Shown here piece after piece: positions 1 to 11,651 of a stretch of 64,000 nucleotides of DNA. Where the stretch lies: assembly GCA_964106645.2 (NCBI GenBank), contig OZ067046.1. One strand, written 5' to 3'. Numbering within the stretch: position 1 is the stretch's first letter; each line of letters opens with the position of its first letter. The notes below the pieces were generated by a model. The model worked only from the letters and a program-made list of their open reading frames with translations. It did no database searches and was not told the DNA's origin. A program made the position numbers and the translations under genes. This stretch comes from Podarcis pityusensis. Lineage: Eukaryota.

Positions 1-137
1 AAAGGAACTGCTTGGATAGTATCTGCTTTGATATGTACGTAAATTTTATTTTGTTTTCAAACCGGACTGAAAGCTAGGCCTGCAAGCAAGTCACCCTGAA
101 AACATCACAGTATAAAAAACCCACAATAATCTCTTAC

Positions 138-250
138 CCGATTTGTTATTTTCAATACTTGCGCTGGTTTCTGTCCAAGACTGAGAGTCAGTAAGGAGAT
201 GACTTTGGGAGTCTCGTAATGGTTTAGCAGGAAAATGATGACTATTCTCA
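138..250 (-). CDS. ZDHHC2: ZDHHC2 coding exon 11 (NENSHHFPAKPLRDSQSHLLTDSQSWTETSASIENNKS); terminal coding exon lies outside the window
   Basis: Contained in ORF 91..564; AATAG acceptor, G|GTAAGA donor, 113 nt; FPAKPLR.SQSHLLTDSQSWTE is ZDHHC2-diagnostic. Confidence 0.94.
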
Positions 251-971
251 CTATTCAATGACAAAAATGTTGAAGGAGGAGCAAAAATATAGTTAGAAGA
301 CCGCCAGGTTAGGGTGAGGAATCTCATTACCAATGTTTTTATTTTTCCTATAAATATTTCAACTTGGGTGCTCTGTGTTTCCTGGTGCATTTGATGAATT
401 CCAGTGCCTAAACAGGTTAGTCTGAATTGTTGATGCATGTGTGCTAGAGGGAGCAGCAGGAGATGCAAGCTAGAGGTTTGCAACTCCTCATAGAGATAGG
501 ATAATAGCCAAGGTATTAAAGTGTTCATATGGTATGGTTGCCATGCTTTGTCACAATGCAGCATTCATGTGCTGCATGATGGGTACCATGTTTGTTTAAA
601 TGCAGTACTTATTTATTTTATACCCTGCCCTTTTGCTGAAAATGTTCTCAAGAGTGGCTTACAAAAACCAGCACAAAGATGGTCCCTGCCCTCAGGAACT
701 GGAGAGAGTAACATTCTCCTCTCTGTAAAAATATGGAGCATGTATGTGTATAAAATGATCACATAGAAGAATGTACAGTCATTTCTGCATCTACAATCAA
801 GAATTATGGATTGTACAAGGTCATTAATTATGTGTCTCAAATGCTACTTGTGAGAGTGCTTCTATGCCAATGTACACTTAAATGTTAATATGACTACTAT
901 CTAAGCAGCAGGCAAGAAACAAAAAACAACAAGGTAAGTGGAAACTTGACAAGGAATAAATATAGGCTTAC

Positions 972-1064
972 TTTTTGTTTGAAGAAGTATGTCCAGAAGG
1001 AGTAGAAGCCTGCTCAGGATCTTGGTTAACAAGGCAGGTAGGAAAGGAGCATCCATCACCTAGG
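972..1064 (-). CDS. ZDHHC2: ZDHHC2 coding exon 10 (SLGDGCSFPTCLVNQDPEQASTPSGHTSSNK)
   Basis: TTTTCAG acceptor, AA|GTAAGC donor, 93 nt. Confidence 0.95.
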
Positions 1065-1172
1065 CTGAAAAGTAAAATGAAACAACATTGTAAGTAGGCG
1101 AGCAGCATTAAAAACTCAACTTTCATTGTTGGTTTCAAAACATAACTGGTTTTCTCTCAATACAACACCTAC

Positions 1173-1299
1173 CTGGAAAACACTGGCAACAACCAATATT
1201 TTTTCTCATCCCCAAAGACTTGTCTTAGGTTTTTGTCAAATCCCAAGCTAAATCCATTCTTATCCGTTCCATGTCGAAAAACAGGTGCTCTGAATGCCT
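1173..1299 (-). CDS. ZDHHC2: ZDHHC2 coding exon 9 (EAFRAPVFRHGTDKNGFSLGFDKNLRQVFGDEKKYWLLPVFS)
   Basis: Contained in ORF 1169..1354; TTCCAG acceptor, AG|GTAGGT donor, 127 nt. Confidence 0.96.
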
Positions 1300-1395
1300 C
1301 TGGAAAGGGAAGAGATATGTTTACATTCCTCAGCCCATTCAAAGCAGTGCACACAGTTCACAGAATATGGACTGAATCAAATTATGAATCCTCAC

Positions 1396-1528
1396 CTAAT
1401 GTTGATTTATTTTTGGTCACTAACCAACAGTGATATCCAAAGAGAGATGATAAGCTGACAGAAAACATGGCTGCGGCAAAGAATAAAAACATAATATGGA
1501 ACTTGGCTTGAGTATCAGGAAGACCATT
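1396..1528 (-). CDS. ZDHHC2: ZDHHC2 coding exon 8 ([44 protein letters not shown])
   Basis: TTTATAG acceptor, G|GTGAGG donor, 133 nt. Confidence 0.96.
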
Positions 1529-1701
1529 CTATAAAGAGAGGAAGGGGGGGAAAATGTCAATGCTTTATAAGGGAAATAAAAGAAAGGATCTTTTATCACC
1601 TATGTTGAACTTCTCTAATTGCTAAGGAAATTTTATTCAAGAATTACTGGGACACACCCAAATACACCACCCGTAATACTTTGAGAGAATGGTGGAAGAT
1701 A

Positions 1702-2003
1702 CAGTTGCGTACCTCGGAATTCAAACGGAACCCGTTCCGGAAGTCCATTCGACTTCCAAAACGTGGCTTCTGATTGGCTGCAGGAAGCTCCATTCGACTT
1801 CTAAAGCATTCAACTTCCAAAGCGTGGTTTCTGATTGGCTGCAGGAGAGAATCTCCTGCAGCCAATTGAAAGCCATGGAAGCCCTGTCAGGCATTTGGCT
1901 TCCAAAAGAACATTCAAAAACCGGAACACTCACTTCCGGGTTTGCAATGTTCGGGAGCCAAAACGTTCGATAACTAGGCTGTTCGAAAACCAAGGTATGA
2001 CTG
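1702..2003. mobile_element. Non-autonomous Tc1/mariner-pogo (Tigger-like) MITE, family A, with internal partial duplication
   Basis: TA|CAGTTGCGTACCTCGG ... CCAAGGTATGACTG|TA; internal sequence shared with copies at 9629, 15308 and 59138. Confidence 0.8.
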
Positions 2004-3124
2004 TATATGGTAAATATTCTATGGGTACTAATGGATCACAGCCTCAGGAAGTAAGGCTAATTTTGTTAATAAGCACTGTTTCGTTTTCGTATTGTATCAC
2101 AGTACTCATAATTACTATGCCTCAGTAATTATGCATTCTTTCCCTGTGTAACTTCTCGTTTTCAGACAGGATTCCTGATATGCGACAACCACCTTAAATG
2201 GTAGTTCAGCAGTGGCCTGAATATGAATCCAGAGTAAATCAGTTTTAGTTAAATTCCTTTGCTAAATTAATTTGGACTAAAATAACAGTTAACATAGATT
2301 TCAGTGCAACCCAAGCGCAACTAAACAAAGTTTACAATGCTTGCTTCTCTCAGCGCTGAACCTGGCTGTGGCCCACCATTTTAACTCCCGCACAATGCCA
2401 CTGAGGCCCCAACATAGCATTGATCCAGAGTGATGCTACATTGGGGCAACAGAGGCATTATCAATGAATTAAAAAGGCAGGTGTCCGAAGTTACACTTGC
2501 TACTAGATAGGCTTTTTTCTTTTTGCTGCTGAGCCTGCCTGTCAGGTAAGTTAAAGGAAAGGGGCGGACAGAGAGTCACTGCCACCAAAGGCCCTATCAA
2601 ACCTAGCATCAACCCTGAGTGGCTTTTAACAGTGAATGTAGGCCATATGCCATTTTTAAAAATGCTTTTGATCTTTGTCAGCTAGCATAAAAACGACAGG
2701 TTTTTCCTCCCCAAAGCATTAACAAGCTTATTACTCTTACATGGCTACCTACCTGTAACTAAGCTTATTACTCTTCTTCTCCCTTACCAAATCATAACCA
2801 CTAACCGTGACTACAAAAACTGAGGTAGAACTCTGCTAAATTATTATTATTTTTTTATGATTATTTATTAAACTTGTATACTGCCCTATACCCGTAGATC
2901 TCAGGGTGGTTCACCACAGTCTAAAAATAGATAATATATGAACATTAGTTAGCAGAACAATCCTATGCGTTTTCACTTGAAAATAATTCCCACTGTATCC
3001 AACAGGGTTTACTTTCCTTACTGCCTAGTAATTGTGTTTAGGATTGTACCCTATATATAAGCAGTCAACATGTTTATGTTTACAGAGCTAAATATTTGAA
3101 ACATGAAATACTTTTAAAACTTAC

Positions 3125-3245
3125 TGTCCAGAATTTAATAAAATACTGTAAATCGGTTGCAACAATGAAAAGGCAGTATAACAGAGAATATGCCAAGAAA
3201 AGAAGGAAAAATTTGTAATTGGAAAATCCAACACAGTTGTTCACC
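3125..3245 (-). CDS. ZDHHC2: ZDHHC2 coding exon 7 ([40 protein letters not shown])
   Basis: Contained in ORF 3080..3283; CCTAG acceptor, ACA|GTAAGT donor, 121 nt. Confidence 0.96.
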
Positions 3246-4347
3246 CTAGGGAAAAAGAAGCTTGCATCACTGAAAATACACACATATAATTAATTAATTT
3301 TCATTTATATTTCTTCATAGGCCTCAAACTATGTATTTACCCCCCACCTTTCTAATCCATTATAATCAATGAAATTCCTCTATCTAAAGCAGTAATGACT
3401 GGGTGCTGAGGAATATTGCAAACATAAAAATGCCTGTCCTCAAAGTGAACCACTTGCATACCAATGGCATCTGGGCTTTTCCAGATGTTCTCCCTGGGCT
3501 TTGCACAAGGAGCACATCATAGCTTCAGTAGACTCAGGCACTAAAATAAATCCATATTTCCCATGCATGAACTTCAAAAAATTATTGTTGAAAAGATTTA
3601 CTTTTCTCTCGGCTTCCTTGGTTGTTCTAGATGGAATTCCAATGCCAAAAATATCTGTGCACAATAGCCATTGTGGTGTCTTCTAGATACTGTTGGACTA
3701 CATATTCTGAGTTTTGCTGGCTAGGTTGATGGCAATTAAAATGCAACACCATCAGGAGACCACCCTGACCAGTTCTGGATTACTGTATGCTGCTATTTTA
3801 CTGGAGATTAATGACACTCCTTTTCCCTGGCATAAATTGCTATTTTGACAATTTCTTTTTTTTATTCCTGTTTTTTAAAAATTAAAATTAAAATGACGAT
3901 TAAAAATCTATATCTAGATTTCTTTTGAAGAATGTGGTCCCAATCTAGCAGGAGTTCTCACATAACCTTTTAATACTTGAAAAACTAACCATGTAAACCA
4001 CAGGTGTCACTTTTCTCCTTCATAACAATTCCCTGCCATTTTATGAAATGTTTCTATTTTCCTTAGCTGTAGACTATGTGGTACTCCTCTCCAAGATAGC
4101 ACACACAAATACCTTGTTTAACAAAAATAAAAGCAAAAGCAAAAGCAAAAAACAGGTGATTCCATTCCAATAGTTATCACCATTGCTGCAAGGCTACTAC
4201 CCCAAAAATGCTGTGCTATTGCCACAAGATCTTGTCATGCCATTTCCTCAGATCTTATGAGTGAAACTTTTCACCCCTCATCATCAGGAAACAGCGTTTG
4301 TTTCCCATATTATCTATCCAAAGTGATGAAGTAACATGGTTACTTAC

Positions 4348-4380
4348 CAAGGGCAATGATGATCCATTTTCAAAATACAT
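4348..4380 (-). CDS. ZDHHC2: ZDHHC2 coding exon 6 (KCILKMDHHCPW; catalytic DHHC at 4353..4364)
   Basis: AAAG acceptor, TG|GTAAGT donor, 33 nt, DHHC motif. Confidence 0.96.
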
Positions 4381-4593
4381 CTTTAAAAAGACAAACAACA
4401 ATAATAGAATATAATCGGCAGTTTCAAGCTTGCAGTGACAGCTAATAGTCTATGCCAAACGAAATGCCTCAAATATTAAGCATACAATTTTTTCAATAAG
4501 TTACTCAGGTGTTATGTCCCAGTGAGATCACCAGGCTATCCACACATGTAAATAATAGCAGAATTCCACACTGAGAGAATAAATAATCAAGTA

Positions 4594-4948
4594 CAGTGGT
4601 GCCCCGCAAGACGAATGCCTCGCAAGACGGAAAAACCGCTAGACGAAAGGGTTTTCCGTTTTGGAGTTGCTTCGCAGGACGAATTCCCCTATGGGCTTGC
4701 TTCGCAAGACGAAAATGTCTTGCAAGTCTTGGGATTTTTTTTTCACTCCCCCCCCCTTTATCTAAGCTGCTAAGCCTTTAATAGCCTTTTAGCAGCTAAT
4801 CCGCTAAGCCTTTAAGCCTTTAATAGCCGCTAAACCGCTAATAGCGCTAATCCGTTAAGCCACTAATAGGGTTGCTTCGCAAGACGAAAAAACCGCTAGA
4901 CGAAGACACTCGCGGAACGGATTAATTTCGTCTTGCGAGGCACCACTG
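4594..4948. mobile_element. Tigger/pogo-like MITE, family B (short form)
   Basis: 22-bp TIR CAGTGGTGCC(C/T)CGCAAGACGAA, TA TSD, subterminal CGCAAGACGAA repeats, central TAAGCC/GCTAA short repeats. Confidence 0.9.
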
Positions 4949-5103
4949 TACTGCTTTATAAAGAAATAATAACCATTAATAAAAGAAAAAACCTGTATTT
5001 AAGTATATATAATTTCTTCAGTAATCCATGCAGGTAATTTTAATTTCTCAACTCCTTCAGCAGTAACAGAAATGCTACATAGCCTTGCAATATTTGTTCT
5101 TAC

Positions 5104-5173
5104 TTATCACAAACAGAGCAGTGATGACAACGGTCTGGTTTTACAAGTTGGCATCTGTCACAGTATCTGATTG
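5104..5173 (-). CDS. ZDHHC2: ZDHHC2 coding exon 5 (AIRYCDRCQLVKPDRCHHCSVCD, Cys-rich domain)
   Basis: TTTGCAG acceptor, AA|GTAAGA donor, 70 nt. Confidence 0.96.
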
Positions 5174-5538
5174 CTGCAAAGACAGAAAAAGACTTCTGTT
5201 TAACATAAACGTTACTGTTCTGCTGGTCCCAGAAACTGATGCAGTAAGGGGGGGGGGATTTATGTTTCTTTTTCATGTCTTAACTTGCTAACAATGTCAT
5301 ATTTCTAACCATAACAGGTGAAAAATATGAGCTGATTTAAGCCTGCAGTCCTAACCACCCTTAAAAAGTTCCACTGAATTAAATAGGACTTACTTCTAAG
5401 TAAACATGGTTAGGATTGCACTGCTAGTCACTGTCCCAAAACTAACTTTGCACTCATGTAGCTTGAAAGATTACTGGCAATCATATCAACTGGCTGCTTG
5501 AAGGGGAACAGGACTAAATCCACACACACTCCATGGCT

Positions 5539-5674
5539 CAGGCTTCCTCAAACTCGGCCCTCCAGATGTTTTGAGACTACAGTTCCCATCATCCCTGACC
5601 ACTGGTCCTGCTAGCTAGGGATCATGGGAGTTGTAGGCCAAAAACATCTGGAGGGCTGAGACTGAGGAAGCCTG
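5539..5674. mobile_element. Palindromic hAT-type MITE (CAGGCTTCCTCA...TGAGGAAGCCTG)
   Basis: Near-complete palindrome; imperfect ~8-bp TSD CCATGGCT / CCATGGGC; decayed relatives near 3690, 40990, 54720 and 60020. Confidence 0.8.
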
Positions 5675-6147
5675 CCATGGGCTGGTCAGTGTTACCACCA
5701 ATTCTCAGGCTAGTTGCTACATCAGGCTGATGAGTGACACATACAATTCTCCAACTAGCTAGGGGCATGCATACAAAGACAGCTTCTGTGCTTGTAAAGC
5801 CCCTAACTGGATTGAGGTTATCATGATTTACCCAGATGGTGCTCAAATGTATCTAGGCCCAGGAATGGGGAGCCTCTGGCCTGTGGGCCAAATCCAGCCT
5901 TTCAGGCCTCCACCATTTGGCCTGTGAGCATGTTTTGGGCAAGCCACTCCCATCTGCCCCCAGGTAAAGGCGGGACATGGTTGAAAGGGGCTTTGCAGGC
6001 ACTCCCAATCTGTTTTAAGTTGATCATACAAAGCACAAGAGAAAGGGAGTTTTACAGGCATCTCTTCTAAGAGAATTCCCTCAGGAAGAACAATAATTTC
6101 CCAGTGAGTTTAGGAGTGGAAACGCTTCAATCTTTACAACTGTTTAC

Positions 6148-6268
6148 CTCCAGACATTGTTCTTGTGTAGACGGGGAGGTCCTTGGCTGCTCTCCTCAGC
6201 ACTTCCTGATGGATTTCACTTCTAGTTTCTCTGTCTAACAGTTCCTTATCTGCATAGGTCAGGTGGTA
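6148..6268 (-). CDS. ZDHHC2: ZDHHC2 coding exon 4 (YHLTYADKELLDRETRSEIHQEVLRRAAKDLPVYTRTMSG)
   Basis: TTTCTAG acceptor, G|GTAAAC donor, 121 nt. Confidence 0.95.
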
Positions 6269-6359
6269 CTAGAAAAAAAGGAAACTGAATTAGTAGCACA
6301 ATAATAGGTAAATGCTCATACACATCTTGAATATATGGTTATGATGTGCCAGGTGATTT

Positions 6360-6512
6360 GCATGATGGCTCAGTTGGTTACACCATGGTGCTGATAAAGC
6401 CAAGGTTGCAGGTTCAATCCCCGTACAGGACAGCTGCATTTTCCTGCATTGCAGGGGGTTGGACTAGATGATCCTCAGGGTCCCTACTAACTCTACAATT
6501 CTATGCTTTATG
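6360..6512 (+). mobile_element. SINE with tRNA-Ile-like head and CR1-like 3' tail
   Basis: GGCTCAGTTGGTTA (A box) ... GGTTCAATCCCCGTAC (B box); tail GGGTTGGACTAGATGATCCTCAGGGTCCC...ATTCTATG. Confidence 0.8.
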
Positions 6513-6657
6513 TGTGCGCCTCCCAAAAACCAGGTGTAATCTGGAAACTATCATAAATTACTTCATGCTATTCATTTTGTTAATTTATTTGTGGGAAAAG
6601 GATGAGTGAAAAGACTGTTCTAAGGTAAATGGGGTTAGGATTGCAGCCTAACTCTCT

Positions 6658-7701
6658 TTTTCTTAAAAAAAAATATTTTTATTGATTTTCCAGTATCGTT
6701 CCAATAGCAGCCTCATTTTAACAATACCAATTTTATCCAATTAATACAATTATTAATGCCAATTCTTCAAATGTCGAATTTTACAATTTAAACTCTGCCC
6801 CTTGCAAGCTACAGTTGATGAGTTCATTCTTCTACATCTTTTCTGCATTGCAAAATTTTAATAATTTCCATTACTTTACATTCAAATATAATAATCCCTT
6901 ATATAACAGCTACAATCTTGTGATTTCTATTTGTGTTGATAAAATAGATAATTTATAAAGTTTCAGGTGAGGAACTTTAGCTGTAATCCTTATTCTTTAT
7001 TGCATATGACAGTTTTTTCCATGATGTTTCCCCATCCATATATGGTGTTGTATCCTTCATTCCTGCAACTGTTGATGGTTCCCATCATGCTGTTATCTCA
7101 CAGTTTTCAAAAGTCACTGCATTGTTTCGTCCCGTGATTCGGATTCCAGTAAACAAGTCGTCTTTGCCATTTTTCCAGCCTCGAAAGAATGGTCTGAATC
7201 CAGACTGCAGATAGTAATCCAAAAACTTTTATTCCCGCTGCTGATAGACTCCTTTCCTCCCTGGCACTGATTTATGGCCAATTATCCTTATCTTGAACAC
7301 ATTCATTTGTGGTACTGGAGGTTAGGAAGGGTTTTGCTCTATAATTTCAAAGCATAGCGTTTCTCTCCCCCCTTCCCTCTCAGTTTCTTTCTCTCACTCA
7401 CACAGTTCCAATTTTGTTAAATTCCATATTATATTCCAATTTCTTCCAACCTCAGTGTGCAGATATTTTTAATAAAACTTGCAAAACTTTAATAAAACCC
7501 AGCTCCTTTGCCTGCCTTCACATTCCATGGGGAAGCGAGTGCCAGACCGCCAGGCAAACTGTGGGTGAGACCCTGGTTCCTCTTCCAACCAAAGAGGAAT
7601 GCAGATAATGAAATTCCCTCATCATTATCTGATTATCTCAGTCTCTCTCTCTCTCGGTGTTGGGAGAGACTGCATTCCTGGCGCACTGGAAACAGGAAGC
7701 C
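6658..7701 (-). mobile_element. ~1.04-kb non-autonomous L1-type retroelement
   Basis: ~16-bp TSD TGCAGCCTAACT(C/T)TCT at 6642 and 7702; AATAAA and A-rich tail at the low-coordinate end; 5' end GGCTTCCTGTTTCC. Confidence 0.7.
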
Positions 7702-8234
7702 TGCAGCCTAACTTTCTCAGTGCTCCATATTATTCACATCTCAACCCCAGGTGAGACAGTTTGAAAAGTCAACCTTTTCAACCCTCAAATAGTCTCAATA
7801 GGAGACATAATTAAGTTATCATGTCCTATTGCTAAGCTTGAAAAAAATTAAGACCAAGTGCTTCGGTTTTCTTTCCTCTTTCATTCGCAGTCCTTTTCTT
7901 TATGTGTCTTGCCTTTTGGATTGTAAGCTTGAAGGCAAGGACTGCCTTTTTCTTTTCTTTTTTCTTTTTGCTGAAGAGCTGGGTAAAAATATTTCAAACA
8001 ACAGACAGACAAACCGAAGTGCACGAAAGAACACTGTGATTTTATTCACCCAGATGTAAAATGCTTGCAACTATCAATAATGACCATGTTTTGCTAACTG
8101 TTGGCCTTCAGGTGAATGGAATCTAGAGATAATGAATTCATACAAGGTGTTATTTACACCTAAAAAAATGGGGATATTATGCAACAGAAACAAAATTAAC
8201 AAAGGCGTTTTTCTTACACCACACCATAACTTAC

Positions 8235-8329
8235 TTCTTTGGAAGGATTCATTGGTGATGTAAAGATTGTTTTCCAGTAAGACCACACAAACATCGTGAA
8301 AAATAGATGGTAGGCAAGCAGGCACACCA
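8235..8329 (-). CDS. ZDHHC2: ZDHHC2 coding exon 3 (VVCLLAYHLFFTMFVWSYWKTIFTSPMNPSKE)
   Basis: TTTTAG acceptor, GAA|GTAAGT donor, 95 nt, strong protein similarity. Confidence 0.95.
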
Positions 8330-9628
8330 CTAAAACAAAGACATAAAATTAAGGCATTAAACAAATTACAGAAACTGCATAATAGTGTGAGAAATATACA
8401 GACAACCAAGATGAAGCTAAACATTTCCAAGGGTCCATAGTAGGTAACAGTGCTATCAAGACCTCAGCACAACTATAAAATAAAGCAAGGGTAATTAAAG
8501 AAGTTATGTAGCACTACCAGAAAATGTGCAGCTTGACTTGTAAGGTTTTCTAGGAAGAATTCTATGGGTGCAATTTAGCACTATACTAATTTGATTATTC
8601 TTCCAGTGCAAGCATTTCTGCTCACTTGATGAAACTATCTCCCATTCTCGCTTCCCAAGCCCACGAAGAAGATTTGGGGAAGTTGTGGAGGACACACAGG
8701 AGACAGCAACTATAATATGAGTACAGTCATGCAGGGTTGGAAGCTACAGGAGCAGACCAAGGTACGAGAGGGAGGAAAGATGTACTAGCAAGCAATTTAA
8801 GGTCCTCCGGTATCCTCCCTTAACCCATGGGAAATTCATCTGGCTGTTCTTGAAGAACGCAGAGTTAAGAGATGAGCTTGTCTGTTGGTTATTTCTATTT
8901 ATTTAATTAACTCACTGATTCATCTGATAAGTTCCCATCACCATAGAGGGCTCCCACTGCTGTGGACACTTAAAATAATTAAAACGAACACAGTGATATT
9001 ACAGTCATTACTAATCAATAAAATCTAATAGAAGTCATAAAAACATAACTTAAAACCAGTTACAGTTTAAATCAGGCTGACTATAAAGCCATGAACAAGT
9101 CTCATTAGTTCTGCATCTGAAGCCTGATGGTATCAGTTAAAATAATTACTTCCCAATGACTGACATTACTGGCTCAGTGAAGGGTCCAGTTAAGGATTCC
9201 AAGATTAAGGTTCTGAGCTGCTGATTTTCAGCAATGGTTGAGTGAATATCACTTTGCAATGAGGACAGATATAATATATGGAACTAGACCTCATAGCAGA
9301 TTCTCCAGCAGTAGTGTGAGCTTGGATTCCACCCAGGTTTGCAACTGAAATGATGTGCACACCAGCAAAATGAACTCTGGTATTGCCCCTTCCGCATGCT
9401 TCAGATTGGTTCTCCACATTTTATTTTGTTTTTATAAGTGCCTCATGATCATTCACACAGTGATGCATTCATTCATCATTAGTTTCCTTTCTGAAAAGGA
9501 AACTTCTTTAAACTGCCAAACTGCTCCAGGGATAGGAGGGGGGAGATTTTTTTGGCAGTGAGGACATATCCAGATTGGCAACGCTGATCTAAGAATATGA
9601 TGAACCTCTTCACTCTAATAACTATTTA

Positions 9629-9853
9629 CAGTGGTACCTCGATTTTCAAATGTCTCGGAAGTTGAACCTTTCGGTTTTCGAATGCCAAAAACCGGGAAGT
9701 AACTGCTTCAGTTTTCAAATACTTTTTGGAAGTCGAACATGCCACGTGGCTTCCGTATTGAGTTTTCCGTAAGTAAATGCTTCAGTTTTCGAATGTTTCG
9801 GAAGTCGAACAGTCTTCTGGAGCAGATTATGTTCGAAAACTGAGGTACCACTG
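9629..9853. mobile_element. Tigger-like MITE family A
   Basis: TA|CAGTGGTACCTC ... GAGGTACCACTG|TA. Confidence 0.85.
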
Positions 9854-9869
9854 TATTTATTTAAATAAG

Positions 9870-10310
9870 AATATTTATTTATTTACTAAGAATATCCAGC
9901 CTTTCCAAAGCTTACACCTCACTCAAGGCAGCTTACATATATACACAATAAAACATTAATAAAATACAGATATAACAGGCACGACAAATAACTGATAGTC
10001 TCTTATCCAACACAGACTCTTATCCTGCAGTGAAAGCTTGCTGGAATGGAAAGGTCTTCAACAACTGATGAAATTGTCCAGGGAGTGAGGCATTCAAACC
10101 TAAAAGGACAAGGTGTTTCAAGATCTAGATGTGGCCACATCAAAGGCCCTCTCTTGGGTGCCTACCATCCATGTTTCTTCTATAAGTAGGATAGAGAGAG
10201 GGTTCTCCCCACTAGATCTTAGGCAAGAGGCAAGCTCGTCTGGAAGGAGGCAGTCCTTTAGTCAACCTGCACCTAAACCATTTAGGACTTTATAGGTGAA
10301 TGCCAAAGCT
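9870..10310 (-). mobile_element. Decayed L2-type LINE 3' fragment
   Basis: (TTTA)n tail and similarity to the L2 3' segment at 50860-51160. Confidence 0.5.
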
Positions 10311-11216
10311 TTCTTCCCCATCCAAAACAGGCTGAATCCCTATTCCAGAATCGGTCTATCTTCTGACCAGGAGCACTTGTGTCTTGTTTGGATTAAATAT
10401 CAATTTTTTAATTCTCATCTTGTGCATTGCTGCCTCAAATCACCAGTTTGGGACATAAACAACTTCCTTAGTGTTGAACAGTAGAAACAGAGCTGTGTGT
10501 CATCTGCAGTGGCCAACCAACCATAATTGCTTCACACCATAGTTTGCTTTTTCCCCAAATGGGGAAATTTTTTATTCCTTTATCTCCAAATTGCGGGGGG
10601 GGGGGGGGGATAAAGAAGCCGCCCACATTTCCCACATTTACTATAAAGCAGCAGTTTCTGCCACTTCAGACTTTGCGGAAGGGGAGGCACACTCTTAAAT
10701 ATGCCCCCATGCAAACAGTAATCAGGATATCAAGAAAAGGAGTAATAAAATGCAGACTAGGAATCTAACAAAACTCTATTTTATCCTTCTTTACTTGCAT
10801 TGATGTTGAACTTGATTATTGAGTAACTTACACAAGCTGATTCAAAATCATATCTCCATAAGCATTCCTTCTCTCCCTCTCCCTCTCTCCTTGCCTTATA
10901 TTCTATATCCGTTTTAGATGACTACCAGATACTGCTTTTTCCTTTTTTAAAACTACTACTACTGCACAGAAAAATATTTTTTCCAGGCCTGTCAGTAATT
11001 CTTCTATTGGCAGGCCCTGAATTCAAAACTGCTCATCCTGGTATAAGTTAAATAAAAATAATTACATGCGTAGATATAGGAATTAAAATGCAGAGTGTAA
11101 ACCACAAAATGTGTAGTAAAACCTTGCTAAAACTAAGTGAACTCTATATAAACTGTTTTTTTTTGAGATACTGTAAGAAAAGCAAAACATAAATGTAATA
11201 ATAAATAAACAGTTAC

Positions 11217-11243
11217 CTTTTTCTCCAATATTTGTCATGGTTA
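11217..11243 (-). CDS. ZDHHC2: ZDHHC2 coding exon 2 (27 nt, ITMTNIGEK)
   Basis: Polypyrimidine tract + TTGCAG acceptor, G|GTAACT donor; phase 1-1; homologous to human VSMENTGEQ. Confidence 0.9.
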
Positions 11244-11572
11244 CTGCAAGAGAGACAGAAAGAAAGAAACAAAGTGAAAAAATATTAGTTGCCATTATTT
11301 GAGCACAAACAAGACATTCCCATCTTCTTGAGACATTGTGTACATTTGTTAGTTAATATAAATATTTTACTTTGTAAATTGCTGTGATCAATTAAACATC
11401 CATTCCAAAACAAACCAACCAAACCACCCTAGGATAATATCCTAGCAGTTACAATATTTATAAGTAAATAAAGGGGGAACATTCAGGGGCCGGTATTCTC
11501 TCTTGAAAAGATCATTAGATCCTTGAGTGGGTGAACAGCCACAACTGCATTAAAAGAAGTACTCTTCTCAAT

Positions 11573-11651
11573 GAAGACAAGGAGTGCCTGGTGTGCTCTG
11601 GTCCATGGGGTCACGAAGAGTCGGACACGACTAGACGACTAAACAACAACA
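11573..11651 (+). mobile_element. Severely 5'-truncated BovB/RTE insertion (3' tail only)
   Basis: GTCCATGGGGTCACGAAGAGTCGGACACGACT...(CAA)n tail; perfect 12-bp TSD ACTCTTCTCAAT at 11561 and 11652. Confidence 0.9.

Noticed and set aside
91-564. 157-aa ORF as a stand-alone gene
   Set aside because: Only 138..250 is coding (ZDHHC2 exon 11); the rest is intron read-through.
6360-6435. Possible tRNA-Ile gene (and tRNA-Asn at ~23510-23585)
   Set aside because: Stems are degenerate and both run directly into a CR1-like SINE tail.
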